DNA of 63,198 nucleotides, filler included, from Reclinomonas americana ATCC 50394 (Eukaryota), in the NCBI GenBank assembly GCA_048213135.1. It is 16 parts of 16 records of this genome, joined end to end, with 100 filler letters (N's around TTAATTAATTAA, not from the genome) between each part and the next. Parts side by side here need not be neighbours in the genome. Positions count along the whole stretch, not along the records: positions 33,841 to 35,496 come from AFZH01021577.1; positions 35,597 to 42,426 come from AFZH01021578.1; positions 42,527 to 44,692 come from AFZH01021580.1; positions 44,793 to 53,071 come from AFZH01021581.1; 12 more parts are not named here. The stretch is one strand, 5' to 3'. Position numbers and translations under genes: made by a program. The notes below the pieces were generated by a model, which searched no databases, had not been told where the DNA came from, and saw only the letters and a program-made list of their open reading frames with translations. Numbering within the stretch: position 1 is the first letter of the stretch; the number at the start of each line of letters is the position of its first letter. Below, one piece after another: positions 33,935 through 46,369 of the stretch.

Positions 33935-34109
33935 GCGTCCATCTCTCTCCCTCACTCTCTTTTTTCCACCTCTCTTTGTAGTTGCTTGTTAAGTTTGAAA
34001 CACACTCTCACTTGTTTTGCGTCTCCTTACTTGTTGTATCAACGCGACAAAAAATGCACATTGGATTCCTGTTTGCGTAGATGGGGAAAAGGGGACGGGC
34101 GAATGGGGC

Positions 34110-34600
34110 AACAACAATGCATTTACCAACAAACAAGCAGCAGCTGTCTTCCATGACAAAGTCCGAACAGGGCTTCGAGAACTCATCAATGCGCTGGCAC
34201 AATACAACAACATGCAACACCAACACCAGCAGCTTCCCCGCCACGAAAGCAATTCATTCACCAACAAACAAGCAATAGCTGCCCTATCCAAAACATCCAC
34301 AAACCACCAGTGTTGAAGGAAGCAGCAGGCTTCTTTAGTGTGTTCGCTCTCGGAGTCCTCAACAAAGAACAATTCATTCACCAACAAGCATGCAACAGCT
34401 GTCTTGATGACCATGTCCAACCGCATCCAAAACATCTACGCAAGCGAGGGCAGCAGCAAGTTCTTTGTGTGTTTTTTCGCTCTCGGAGCTTCGAACAAGT
34501 CCTCAACCAAGAACAATTCATTCACCAACACAGCTTTCTTGATGTGACCAACCATATCTAAAACATCAACACAAGCGAGGGCAGCAGCAGGGAGCTTCGA
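34110..34600. repeat. Degenerate tandem repeat (4 copies, ~120-145 bp) in an intergenic region
   Basis: aattcattcaccaacaa-like anchors at ~34116, 34251, 34371 and 34516. Confidence 0.7.
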
Positions 34601-34688
34601 ACAAGTCGAGAACTGACCACATAAGCGCGGTTGAACAGTGGATTAGAAGCTGCATACAATGACACATTAACGCTTTCACTGAGAGGCT

Positions 34689-34990
34689 TTACGCGCGGTC
34701 GCCTGCTGCTGCTGCTGATGGAGGCGATCCACGTCCACGTCGATATCCTGCACGAACAAGTCAGGAGACTGCATAGGTGGGGAAACAACAATTCAACAGC
34801 ACGCACATCCACATTCCACTCGTCGCCATCGGCCAGCATGACGCGCACGTCGTGGCGCAGAATAATGTCACGCATTTCGCGGTCCTGACGACGGCGGAGA
34901 ATGCGTCGCCCCACGGCGATTTCATGCAGGTGATCGATGCGGTCGTGTGCGTCCGACACGAGGTCCGAGCATGATTCGAGGGTTTCCTGG
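34689..34990 (-). CDS. 3' exons of a hypothetical protein (5' part in gap)
   Basis: ETLESCSDLVSDAHDRIDHLHEIAVGRRILRRRQDREMRDIILRHDVRVMLADGDEW follows a polypyrimidine tract/CAG, then DIDVDVDRLHQQQQQATA*. Confidence 0.5.
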
Positions 34991-35415
34991 GAGATGGGGG
35001 AGAGGGAAGGGATAAGAGGAAGGGGAAGGGAAGGAGAGAAAAAGAAAGCGATGGTGGAGTGAGAGGAAGAGGGAGGGAGAGGAAGAGGGAGAGAGATGGA
35101 GAGGGAGAGGGAACAAAGCGAGAGGAGAGGGAGCGGGCGAGATAGGGAGGGAGGGAAAGGAGGAGAGAGAAGAGGGAGGAAGAAGAATGATACAGACAAG
35201 CAGTCCGACAGGCAGACAGGCAGCGAGAGAGACGCTGACACAAGGAGACGCTGACAGACAGGTTGGCTGACATACACTGAGAGAGACAAACAGAGACAGA
35301 CACACAGAGGAGTGAGGGAGAAAGTGGGGGGAGGGAGGAAGCGGGGGAGAGAGGAGGAAGAGGGGGAGACGTTGACAGACCAGAGACACACATAGACAAG
35401 CACACAGACACTCAG

Positions 35416-35463
<48 letters not shown>

Positions 35464-35659
35464 GGAGGAGGACGGAGGAGAGGAGGGAGGGAAGGANNNN
35501 NNNNNNNNNNNNNNNNNNNNNNNNNNNNNNNNNNNNNNNNTTAATTAATTAANNNNNNNNNNNNNNNNNNNNNNNNNNNNNNNNNNNNNNNNNNNNGGGT
35601 CACACCACCCTTGTTCTCATCTCTATCGTTCCTTACACGATATTATTATGCCGCGACAG

Positions 35660-35889
35660 GTCTGGTGGCACAAGCCAAGTTCACGGTGCTGATCCTGCCT
35701 ACTGGCCCGCTGCGCGTCACTGACGTGCTGGCGCCGCCGCGCGAGGCACCACACAAGCTGGAGGATCCGGACGTGCTGGCACTGCTGGCTCAGGCGGTGG
35801 GCAGGAAGAAGAAGAACAAGAAGGCACGCAAGGCCAACGCCGCCGGTGCGTCGGCTGCCGCAGGCGATGCCGCCGAGGGCGACGAGTAA
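35660..35889 (+). CDS. PA2G4: Last exon of proliferation-associated 2G4 / EBP1 (M24-fold) homologue
   Basis: LVAQAKFTVLILPTGPLRVT...LEDPDVLALLAQAVGRKKKNKK matches the EBP1 C-terminus (VAQFKFTVLLMPNGPMRIT...poly-K). Confidence 0.85.
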
Positions 35890-36000
35890 CACTCTTCTTT
35901 TGGATTACACACATACCCTAGGTCATCTCTTTTCTCTCTTTCTCCCTTTGCGAGTGAAAATTTGCATTCATTGTCGTCATCCTACACAAGGGAGAGGAGA

Positions 36001-36805
36001 ATGAGTTCTCCCAACGACAAGCCCGACAAAGAGGGCAAGAAGGCGGTGCCGCGTGACCGCATCTTCACCACGCCGCAAAAGGAAGAGTGCTGGAGCCAGG
36101 TGACGACCTGACCAACACACACATGAGCGCTCACTCTCTCCTTTCTCACTCTGCGACAAAGGCCACACTCGTCCCAGGTCGCGATCCGACTCGCTGGCGC
36201 GCTGATCCCGCTGGCAATGTGGTTGCGTCGCATGCACTCACAAGGCACGCAGAGAAAGACAACTCTCTCTCATGCATTCCGGCAGGTGTTCAAGGCCATG
36301 CGTGGATGCCTCGGCTGCCTCTGCCACGAGTACGATCACATCAAGCCGTACTCGAAAGGTAGCTTCTCTCGAGGGGGGCACCGTACAGTGATCGTCATCT
36401 TGACTGACTGAGTGCATGCAGGCGGGAAAACCGAGCTGAGCAACTGTCAGATCCTGCAGACGCAAGTCAACCGCTACAAGAGCGACCGTGACCAGCTTGC
36501 TGTAGAGGAGATGCGCAAGGTTTCTTGTGCCGTCACCTTTTCAGGTCCGTTCCCCTGCTCTCCCTCGCTGTAATGTTTTTCCGACTCGCGAGTTGGCAGA
36601 GCGTGAGCTGGACGTGATTGAGATGGCGTACTTTGGCAACGTGAACCGCCTCGGCCTCAAGTGCAAGTGTCGCACCGTGGCCGAGATGGAGAAACTGATG
36701 GGAGTCCCGAGATCCGCGCTGGCACCGCCCACCGCGAGCAACAACAACAACAACTACAACTACAACAAGCCACCACCACCACCCTTCATCAATTACAATC
36801 CGTGA
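36001..36805 (+). CDS. HNH endonuclease-domain protein of the plant/protist conserved family, 5 exons
   Basis: CWSQATLVPGRDPTRWRADPAGNVV, GCLCHEYDHIKPYSKGGKT..NCQILQTQVNRYKS and ELDVIEMAYFGNV..CKCRTVAE. Confidence 0.88.
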
Positions 36806-36875
36806 TAAGGCTTCCCCCTGCTCTTTCTCTCCGGCAAAATCCCGATCTCGCACGTCGAGGACGAGAACACAGTCG

Positions 36876-39839
36876 TCACTTCTTGTCGGTGGCCTGTTCG
36901 TGAATGATACCGTCCTTGATGAGCTGCGAGTAAATGCGCCGAGCATCGATCCACTCCATGCTCTCCTGTGTGACGTGGAGTGACACAGAGAGTGAGTGGG
37001 TGGGCGAGCCATGTGCATGGGAAGGGCAAGGGAAGGGCGCTCGTGAACCTCGTACGAGTGCGGCATGACGGTCTTGGTGACGGGGCACTTGAAGGCAAAG
37101 TGGAAAATGTTGGTGCGTTCGCGCGCAAACGTCTTGGTGTTCAGCACATCGGCCTCCACGCGCACCACCACCACGTCGTCCGCGTCCGACGCGAACGACA
37201 CCTGGCTGTTGAACTGCACGATCGAGCCGAGGGCGACGGGTGAGAGGAAGGTGTTGTCGTCGAGTGACACGAACAGGGGGCGTGAGTGGCTGAACGTCGC
37301 GGCCGACACCCAGCCGAGCTGCGCGAGGTGAAGAGAGAGGGAAAGGGTTACGATCGACAGAGGTGGACACACGCTGTGACTGGCATGGGTACCTCAAAGG
37401 CTTGGCGCATCAGATCTGGAGAGGGAATGAGCAACAGTGTAGGATAAGGAGAGTCATGGACACACGACGCAACAGCCGCCGAATGCCTTGCCGTGAATAT
37501 TGCGCACTTGAGGCATGATGATGACGGTCTTCTCGAATCGCGTTTCCTTGATCCACTGGTACGTATTCGGTGCACTGGGATCGCAAAGAGATATCAGCAG
37601 AAGATGGATGATAAAGTAAAGAGGCGGAGAAGCGCACATCTTGCGGTGGTTGATGAACAGATCGTGAATGAGCAGGCTCTCCGCAGGCGACGGAGGGGTC
37701 TTGATCAGCGATGTCGCGGCGCGCTGCTTGCGCACCTCTCGCCGCTCTGGGGCGACGCAGTAACATCAGGAGACAGAGAAGGAAAACAGAAGACACGAAG
37801 TGCACGAACCCACGGCCTTCTCGAAGCGTGCCTTCTCCTCGGCAGTCTCCGGTCGCAGTTCGGGCACCTCAGCCGCACCCGACGAATCCTTCTCACGCGC
37901 CACCATCACAAACATGGAATCCATCACATGGCGACCTGGGGCTCATGGTTCAGTGACGATGGGGAATGAGATGCGTGAATTCCAGAAGACGAAACGGTTG
38001 CTGCCGGTGCCCTGGAACACATTGATGCCAATCTCCATGGATGAGCGGCCGACCCACGTCACGTTGCCTGCACGCGGTCAGAAGCGATGGCCGGGAGAAG
38101 GGCGGGGAAAGGAGACTTACCGTCGATCGTCACATCTTCCACGCCCGTCAGCACGTCGAGCAGCGTGATGCGATCGACACTGGCCGTCACTGCGCGACAC
38201 AAAATGTCAACACGACACAGACAACACTCTTTGACGAGAAGCACGTGAAGCGCACCAATGGTGACCGGTGCCACGTTGAAACCACCGCAGTGCTGGTACG
38301 AGATCTCGCCGGCCACGGCGTCGAGATCCTCCAGCAGCTTGCCCACACGCAGTTGCTGTGCAGACGCGGGAGTGTGAGAGGGGAACGGTCTCCAAGAAAG
38401 GAACAGGAAAATGCGCGCAACATTGAACGCGTTGACGTAGGACTCGCGCAGGCTGGCGTCGGAGCCGAGCGGAATGTCGTAGGTGACCTGTGTGGGGATG
38501 GAAAGAAGGGGCACGGAGGTCAGCAACAGCAAAGAGGCGATGAGGCAAGACGATGAAGTGTAAGGGAAGGGCGAAAGAGATGAGGCACGAACAACACGAA
38601 AGAGATGACAGGCTAACCATTCAGAAGGATTATGATAGTATGGGAGAAGCGATACGCAAGTGCAGACAACGAGACACTCTGCGAGAATGGTGGACGGGGG
38701 ACAGGAACGCAGCAGAGCAAGCAGCCAGCGTGAAACAAAAAAAGAGAACAGACAACGATGGGAGGCAATCGGTGCTGAGGAACGGTGGATGGCACAGAGA
38801 GACAGGGAAGGATGGGAGAAGGGATATACAACAGCAGAGAAACTCTCTGTAAGAGAGCGATGGAAGGCACCGAGCGATGGAGAAGGATGCACGAGCCAGA
38901 GTGAAGCAGATTGGTTTCAGAACACGCAACGGTGAGCGCCCATCGATTCTGAGGGACAGAGAGAACAGTGGAAGGCACTGAGAGACAGAAAGGCACGGGA
39001 GAAGGGATGCAGAAGAGCAGAAGACAGAGGAACTCTGTCACAGAGCGATGGAAGGATGCACACAGGAGAACGCGAGCCAGAGTGAAGCAGTATGGTTTCA
39101 GAACAAGCAACGGTGAGCGCCCATCGATTCTGAGGGACTGAGAGAACAGTGGAAGGCAATGAGTGACAGAGAAGGATGGGAGAAGGTATGTAGAAGAGCA
39201 GATGAGACAGAGGAACTCTATCACAGAGCGATGGAAGGATGCACAGGAGAACACGAGCCAGAGTGAGAAGAGTCTCAGAACAAGCAACGGTGAGCGCCCA
39301 TCGATTCTAAGGGACTGAGAGAACAGTGAAAGGCACTGAGAGACAGAAAGGCACGGGAGAAGGGATGCAGAAGAGCAGATGAGACAGAGGAACTCCATCA
39401 GAGAACACGAGCGACTGACTGATTGCAAACCACAAACAATCAAGAATGCAATGCAATCACACAACAAACAGTCGAGCAACAAAAGCACCCGAGCACAACC
39501 CAAGTAAACACCAACGAAAACCCCAGTTCACAAACCCGCGAATCACTCGGTTTGCGATACGTTCGCGTGTGAGCGCCCGTGGAGAGCGCACGCAGCTGAC
39601 AGCGCTTCACTCGAGCCTCCGCAAGGCGCTTCTCACGATCGGCCACCTCAGACTGTCGCCACTGCTTCAGAGCCTGCATACGCACACACGCACACACTGA
39701 GTGAGAGATACAGAGTGACTGAGAGAAAGATCATGTGTTGCGCAACAGTCAGCACTGGTCCATAGTTCTGCGACGATGAGGACGAGGAGGAGGACGAGGA
39801 GAAGAAGGCAGCTGCACGCCTAAAGCTCGACAGCAGCAT
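36876..39839 (-). CDS. ACOT9: Acyl-CoA thioesterase 9-like double hotdog-fold protein with probable mitochondrial presequence
   Basis: MLLSSFRRAAAFF start, then LRVGKLLEDLDAVAG, VTASVDRI, VTWVGRSSMEI, PQVRNIHGKAFGGYLMRQAFE, FLSPVALGSIV and TNIFHFAF. Confidence 0.9.
38850..39400. repeat. ~180 bp minisatellite (about 3 copies) in an ACOT9 intron
   Basis: ggtgagcgcccatcgattc at 38931, 39112 and 39289. Confidence 0.85.
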
Positions 39840-39991
39840 CTTGATAAGCACAGTCTGCTGACTCATGACATCGATGTACATACTTCTTCACAGTAGACTC
39901 CTCGTTTCGACAAACAGGGTTTCATTTGCTTCTGTGTCGGTACTCCGTACCGTTCCCATCTATTTACAACCCATCAACTAGACATACATTC

Positions 39992-41648
39992 TCAGCGATG
40001 TTTCGCTCGTTTCTGCGGAGGTTCTAATGAGGATCCGCGACCGCCACCGCCACGTCGACTGCCGCCTTTGCCTCTTCCGCGACTGCTGCTGTGGTGTCGA
40101 CCGCGCTTGCCTCGACCGGATTGCACAAGAGGCGGAGGAGGAGGAGGAGGCGCCGGCGGAATTGCTGGAAGAGGTGCAGGTCGATTGTGGTGGTGGTTGT
40201 GGTGGTGTGGATGGTGATTGTGTGGGCGGAGTGGTGGTGGATTGTGTGGGAGGTGCTGGTGAGTGCCGGCGGGTGGAGCTGGTCGTACGGGGTGCGTTTC
40301 GCCCGACAGCAGCGATGGTGGTGGTCGCAATGGCATTGGTTCGTGCCAGAAGAAGGCGTGATCGAGGGCTGTTGGAAGTCAGAACAGGAGACAGTGGAAG
40401 AAGACGTGGCGTGTCAGCGCGCGAACCGGTCATGGCTTCCAGGCGCAGCATCGGATTCAGTTGCAGCAGACCGTCGATGAGATCAATAGCTTCAGCGGGC
40501 ACATGTGGTCTGTGTGCGCGACACTGCGGTCAACCACAACGAGAGGAGACGCGAGGTGCTGGTGATAAGACGCACGGTAGGCGCGAGGCCAGGTATTCGC
40601 GCAGACGTCGTGGACGCGAGTGTCGCGGTCGCAGCGTGTCCCATCCGGGAAGCACCTGCGCGGCCGACCAATTCTCCACATCCGGCGTCCCGCACACGTC
40701 AAAGATCAACGACAGCTGCAGGCGCGGTCAAGGGTCAGACAACACACACAAACAGCGCGGGAGGCTCACTCCCACCTGTGCAAAGTCGTCGTCGCCCGGC
40801 AGCAGCGGACGGCCACCGGCCAGCACCTCGGCGATGAGACATCTGGAAGATAGAGAAAGAGAAGAAATGAGGCACTTTCGTTGTGACTCCGCTCTTCCCC
40901 AACTAACTCACCCTGCCGCCCACATGTCTGTCTCGAGACCGTACGAGTTGCAGCCGAGCAGGAGCTCTGGTGGTCGGTACCATCTGCGGCCAAGACATTT
41001 ATAAGCGAGCGGAGGACTCACATCATCATCGCACATCGAGGGAACGCCACCTCGAAAACGTGCGCGGCGTCATGAACGGAAAGAGCCACTTGGAGAGACC
41101 AAAGTCGGCGAGTTTCACATCGCCGCGAGCCGTCACCAGCACATTCTCGCCCTTGATATCGCGATGCACGATGCGATGCACGTGCAGCTGAAAGAGCGCC
41201 TTGAGGAACTTGCGGCAAAAGTACTTCAGGTGTGCCAGTGAGAAGCGATCGCGCCGTGCGCGGATGAGATGCCGCAGGTTGTGTTCGCAGAACTCGAGAA
41301 CCACATACGGCACTGTGGCATAATGGCGTGAGGAAAGGCCGGTAGCAATCCGTGTGTGAGCGACGAAGGCACTGACCATCCTGCCACATGAAAATATCGA
41401 GAGCACGCACGACGCGCTTGCAGTCGAGCGCGGCCAATCTCTTGAGGATCTTGATCTCGCGCAGCGCCGTCACGGGGAACTACATGCAAGGCAGAAGTGA
41501 GGTCGCTGCTGAGTGAAAAGCAAAGAAATCTCAACAAGAAGAAAGAGAGCAGACGCAACACCCTCGGTCTCCTGCTCCGGGTGCACTGCGAATTGCTTGA
41601 TGGCTACCACCGTGCCGCTGGCCTCGTGGACGGCTTTGTAAACGTCAC
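39992..41648 (-). CDS. Cyclin-dependent kinase, PITALRE-type (CDK9/BUR1/CDKC-like); first exon(s) not identified
   Basis: VVAIK, EGFPVTALREIKIL, HRDIKGEN, DFGLSK, WYRPPELLLG, DMWAAG and DLIDGLLQLNP. Confidence 0.88.
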
Positions 41649-42526
41649 TGTGGGGAGAGGAAGACAAGGAGGGAAGAGATGAGAGAAGAATGGCACGAAG
41701 AACGATCGATGATCAGGTTGCATGATGCAACGAAGGAGAAGGCGAGAGAGACCACGAGAATGATGACCGAAACCAGAACCGAGAAGGATCGCAGCAGTGT
41801 CGGAGGCTAGGCTCGGCAAAGACGAAGAAGAAGGGGAATGAAAGCGAGCCAACAAGAAGGACGACGACCAAGCCAAGGAGTGAGTCGACATGAAACTCAG
41901 GTGGTAAACGAAGGAGAGTGTGAGGATCTTAACGATCGCAACAGTGCACAACACGGCTTTCTACGACAGCGAGCGCATCAAGCGACAAGAGAACGAGGGA
42001 GCAGATTGAGAGAGAACAAGAAGAACAACGATCGAAACACATTCTCCGGCAGATGCGCAACAAGCAACAAGGGAACGAGGGAGAGAGAAAGAGACGAGAA
42101 AAGGGGGACAACAAAAGCGATGATCGAAACTAGAACAGACAGGGATCGCTGCTGTCAGTCGAGGATCGGCACTCTCCGACAGGCAGTTAATCCGTCGACA
42201 AGAAACGAAGAGAGAGAGAGAGAGAGAGAGAAAGTATGACGAAACCGCGATCGCAACAGTGAGACAACAGGGCATTCTCTTACGATGAGAGAATGAAGAG
42301 AGACACTATGTGCGAAGACAACAAGCAGAGTGATTGACAGAGGAGAACACAACTGGGCACTTCGACAGACGACTGAACGCAAGTCTTCCTCACCCTTTCA
42401 CCTCTCTCTCTCTCTCTCTCTCTCTCNNNNNNNNNNNNNNNNNNNNNNNNNNNNNNNNNNNNNNNNNNNNTTAATTAATTAANNNNNNNNNNNNNNNNNN
42501 NNNNNNNNNNNNNNNNNNNNNNNNNN

Positions 42527-43877
42527 ACCGATTACCTCGAGCTGCGACGACGCCAGGGTGAGGCCGAGGCCGCCGCCGGCGGAAGTGGCTCCTCGTCTGC
42601 CACCACCACTACCACCACCACCACTACCTCAGCCACCAGCGCCTCGTTCAGTTCGGTACATGCGTCGTCGGCACCCGGAAGTGGTGAGTGTTGGCGGGGA
42701 GACGTAGGGGAAGGGTGGATTTTAGCGATGTGACACTCATGTGCGTGCGTGCAGGCGGCGTGGACATCGAGTCGGCAAAACAAGAGCTCGGCGACGAGTT
42801 CTTCTACTTGGATGCGAGCAACACACAAAAGGGACCGGTGCATTTGGCCGACTTGCGTGATCTCTTCCAGCACCGATCGGTCACGGAGAATACCTTTGGT
42901 GAGTGTGAGAGGGAGGGAGGGAGGGATAGGGAAAAGGGGAGGGAGAAAGAGAGAGAGAAGGATAGAAAAGGGGGAGGGGAGGGGGTCGTGTGTGTGTGTG
43001 AGAGAGATTGGGATTGAGGGAGGAGGGGGCCGTGCGCGTTCACTTTCGGCTGTGTGTGCGAGAGTGAGGAGAGGAGAGGGAGGGGGTGTGTGTGTGGGTT
43101 CACATTCGGCTGTGTGTGTGAGAGTGAGGATTTGGATGGAGGCGGGGGAGGAGGAGGTGTGTGTGTGTGAGAGAGAGAGAGAGGCTCAAGACTTCGAATA
43201 GAAGAAGACGAAGGCACGGGAAGAATGGGCGGCAGCGGCGATGATTTCGGGGAATGACAATGCAATACGAGACGGAAGGGGAACACAGAGATCGTGAAGG
43301 AGTAGGGAAGAGCACTCTCGCCACCTCTACCCTATTTCTCTCTTCGTTGTCGTCAACTCCCATCTCGCGCGTCATCGCAACCACCAGCACCAGTTCGTCG
43401 TCCTCGTTTGTCTCTTTCTTTCGTCCTCTCCCTTATTCGTCATCAGCGCATCTCCCTGTCTTGCCACACCGAAGCAGTCTCCAATCTTTTTTCACCTGCG
43501 TCTTTCCCGCCCTCCTACCATCTCTCCCTTCGCTATTTGCCCTCCTCCGCCAGTCTCTCTTGCCTCTGTTCTTCTCCGGCGACGCCGACAGCCCCTTCTC
43601 GGGCCCTCCCTCCTCGCTCACCTCTCTCCCGCCCTTCCCCCTCCCTCATCTTGCTTCTTTTCCTCCTCGTCCTTGTGCATCGTGTGTGTTTCATCTCCTG
43701 TTATTGCTCTCCACTCCTCCTCCTCCTCCTTCTACTTCTTCCCTTTCTTCTCCCCCCTCCTCACCACCTCCTTCCCCCCTTTCCTTCCCCCTCCTACCCG
43801 CAGTGTTCGGCCACGGCATGAAGGACTGGCAGGAGTTGAAGGACAACCAGCGGCTGTTGGCCTTTGTGCGCGCCTGA
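42527..43877 (+). CDS. C-terminal part of a GYF_2-domain protein
   Basis: EFFYLDASNTQKGPVHLADLRDLFQHRSVTENTF spliced to VFGHGMKDWQEL. Confidence 0.75.
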
Positions 43878-44792
43878 ACCTGATCGCCCCCCCGCCCGCT
43901 GCTCTGGCTGTAGATACCACCCCCCTCCTCATCATCTCGGCACACCTCCGGGTGGCCAGGTGCCCCCCGCCCCTCTTTGACATTTTCTCTCCCGCTGACT
44001 TATGTATGTTTGACCCGTGCGTATGCATTCTTTCTGTGTGTGTGTCTTGTCCGCTGTGACGCTTGGCTTTGCCGGCGTTGTCATCAAATGAAACGAACTA
44101 TCCCTGGAAAGGAGCGACGAGGTCCGACAGAGAAGAGCAGCAGCATGCTACATCGGGAGCACAGCGCAACAACAACTGTACTAATCAACACAGCAACACG
44201 GCCGCATGATGATCACCACCATTCGTGCGGCGGCACCGTTTCTTGTGTGTGTGTGTTCGCTCTCGGAGCTTCGAAGAATACGAGAACTGCGATATGCACC
44301 GCACAACAGCGTGGTGGAACAGTGGACTTGACGCACTGGCATCGACGCATACCGTATTCTGCACTGCGGTCGCAGCACATGTACATCCAATCTTCGAATT
44401 CGGAAAGGCCAATTGCAATTACAACAAGCCTGGGCAACAACAGCATCGTAGCTTGCTTGAATCCGGAATCTTGCGGTCGACGCTTGTGCTTGGAAAGCCT
44501 ATCCAAGAAAAGTCAACTTTTGTGGTGCTTCTCTGTTTCCGAGACGGTTTCCGAGGCTATTTTATGCTCCGATAATTTTGGCGCCAAACTTGGAATCTCC
44601 GAATCATCGTTTTTCGCAAGTCTCACACAAACGCACAGTGTCGTTGACACCGTTTTCACTCTCTCCTTTTTTTCCCGCGCGCACCTCACGAANNNNNNNN
44701 NNNNNNNNNNNNNNNNNNNNNNNNNNNNNNNNNNNNTTAATTAATTAANNNNNNNNNNNNNNNNNNNNNNNNNNNNNNNNNNNNNNNNNNNN

Positions 44793-44873
<81 letters not shown>

Positions 44874-44902
44874 CACAAGAAACCATTCTCTGTGCTCCAC
44901 AG

Positions 44903-46239
44903 GTGTTTGACACGTATGCTGAACAAGCGGCACTCTATGAGAAGCAGCTTGCAGAGTGGAATGCTCAAAGGCAAGTCATCCTCTCTCTCTCTTTCTCTCT
45001 ATTCTCTCTGCTCACCCTTCCCTCATTCTCTCTCCCTCTCTCACCCTTCCCTCATTCTCTCTCCTCCCTCTCTCCCTCCAGTGCCGACATGGGCGACAGT
45101 CCCACCGAAGCCGACGACACTGAGGGCAACGACCGTGGCCAGCTGACAGCAGCCGCGGCCGCTGGCGACATTGAGGACGTGTGTGGGCCAGTCAAAGGCC
45201 GCCGCCTTGCACCTGCCACCGCACCTGCGCGCTCGTACGCACCTCACACGCAGCGATACGCGTGCACAGCTGCCGATTTGCAGGGTGCGTCTCTCCCTCT
45301 CTCTTCCCCCCCACCCAAGTTTGCTGACCGCGCCCCCCGTGCAGTGTCGTGGCTGCATGTCTCCGAGTTCCGTCCGTTCACGCTGCTGTCGCGCACACCG
45401 CTGCTGATGCACACGGATCGCGATCCACCACAACCGACGGTGCGACTGTGCTTTGCCATTCCGCCACCGCTGCCGCGTGAGGGACACGCGCTGCAGCTGA
45501 GTGTGCAGCCGCTGCCGGTGGGCTCGCACGTCATGGTGCGCTGCGCGACAAACGATGAGCGACGGGCGTACACGCCCACGTTTATCGATGTCGACAAGGG
45601 CGTTCTCGAGTTGGTGGTGAAGCGGTATGCGGACGGCTGCGTGTCCAGATGGCTCTGCGACGACGCGTTGTTGCCAGTGGGCGCCGCGGTGGAGATGTGC
45701 GGTCCGCGCGGTCGATTCTTGTACCGCGCGTCGGCCAGTGCCGATGTGTACATGGTGAGCTGCGCACGCAGTTTCTCATGGGTGCCGTGCCCACTGTCGT
45801 CTCATCCCGCCTGTCGCAGTTCTGTCACGGAACCGGCATCACGCCCATGTACCAGATTCTGACGGCGGCGCTGGCCGACGCTGCCGACACGACGTGTTTC
45901 CATCTGATGTATGCCAGTGCGTCGCCCGACGAAATCATTCTTGCCGACGAGCTGCGTCGCTTGTGTACGGCGGTACCCTCTCGACTGCGAGTGGTCATGG
46001 TGCTGGGCGACAGTGTAAGAGAACCGCCACCGCCGTCGCCGTCGGCGCCGTGGACATGGTGCGTCGGGAGTCGCATCAATCAGGACTCGATCCGGGAGTT
46101 CGTGCTGGCCACGACCTTCGACTGCCGCACTTCCATGTTTTTGGTGTGCGGCTCCAATCAGTTCACCGCGCAAGTGCGGTGGGCGCTGCAACAGGAGGAG
46201 GCCATTGACGCCCCCAACGAAGCCGTGTTCTCATTCTAG
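44903..46239 (+). CDS. NADH-cytochrome b5 reductase-like FAD/NAD-binding protein with an N-terminal extension (5' part in gap)
   Basis: LPVGSHV, RAYTP, LELVVKRYADGCVSRWL, GPRG, HGTGITPMYQIL and FLVCG motifs. Confidence 0.85.
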
Positions 46240-46369
46240 TTTTTCCCCTACGTATTCTGTTTCGCATATGTTGGTGTCCTGAGACCTGGAGTGGATCTGC
46301 GTCTCGACACGTGCGTGTTGCCACACGCAAAAAAATAAATCAGAGGTGTTGTTTTGCGCAAACACATTT

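Noticed and set aside
36001..36805. HNH endonuclease as a mobile or homing element
   Set aside because: It has four spliceosomal introns, belongs to a conserved cellular family, and has no flanking repeats or host intron.
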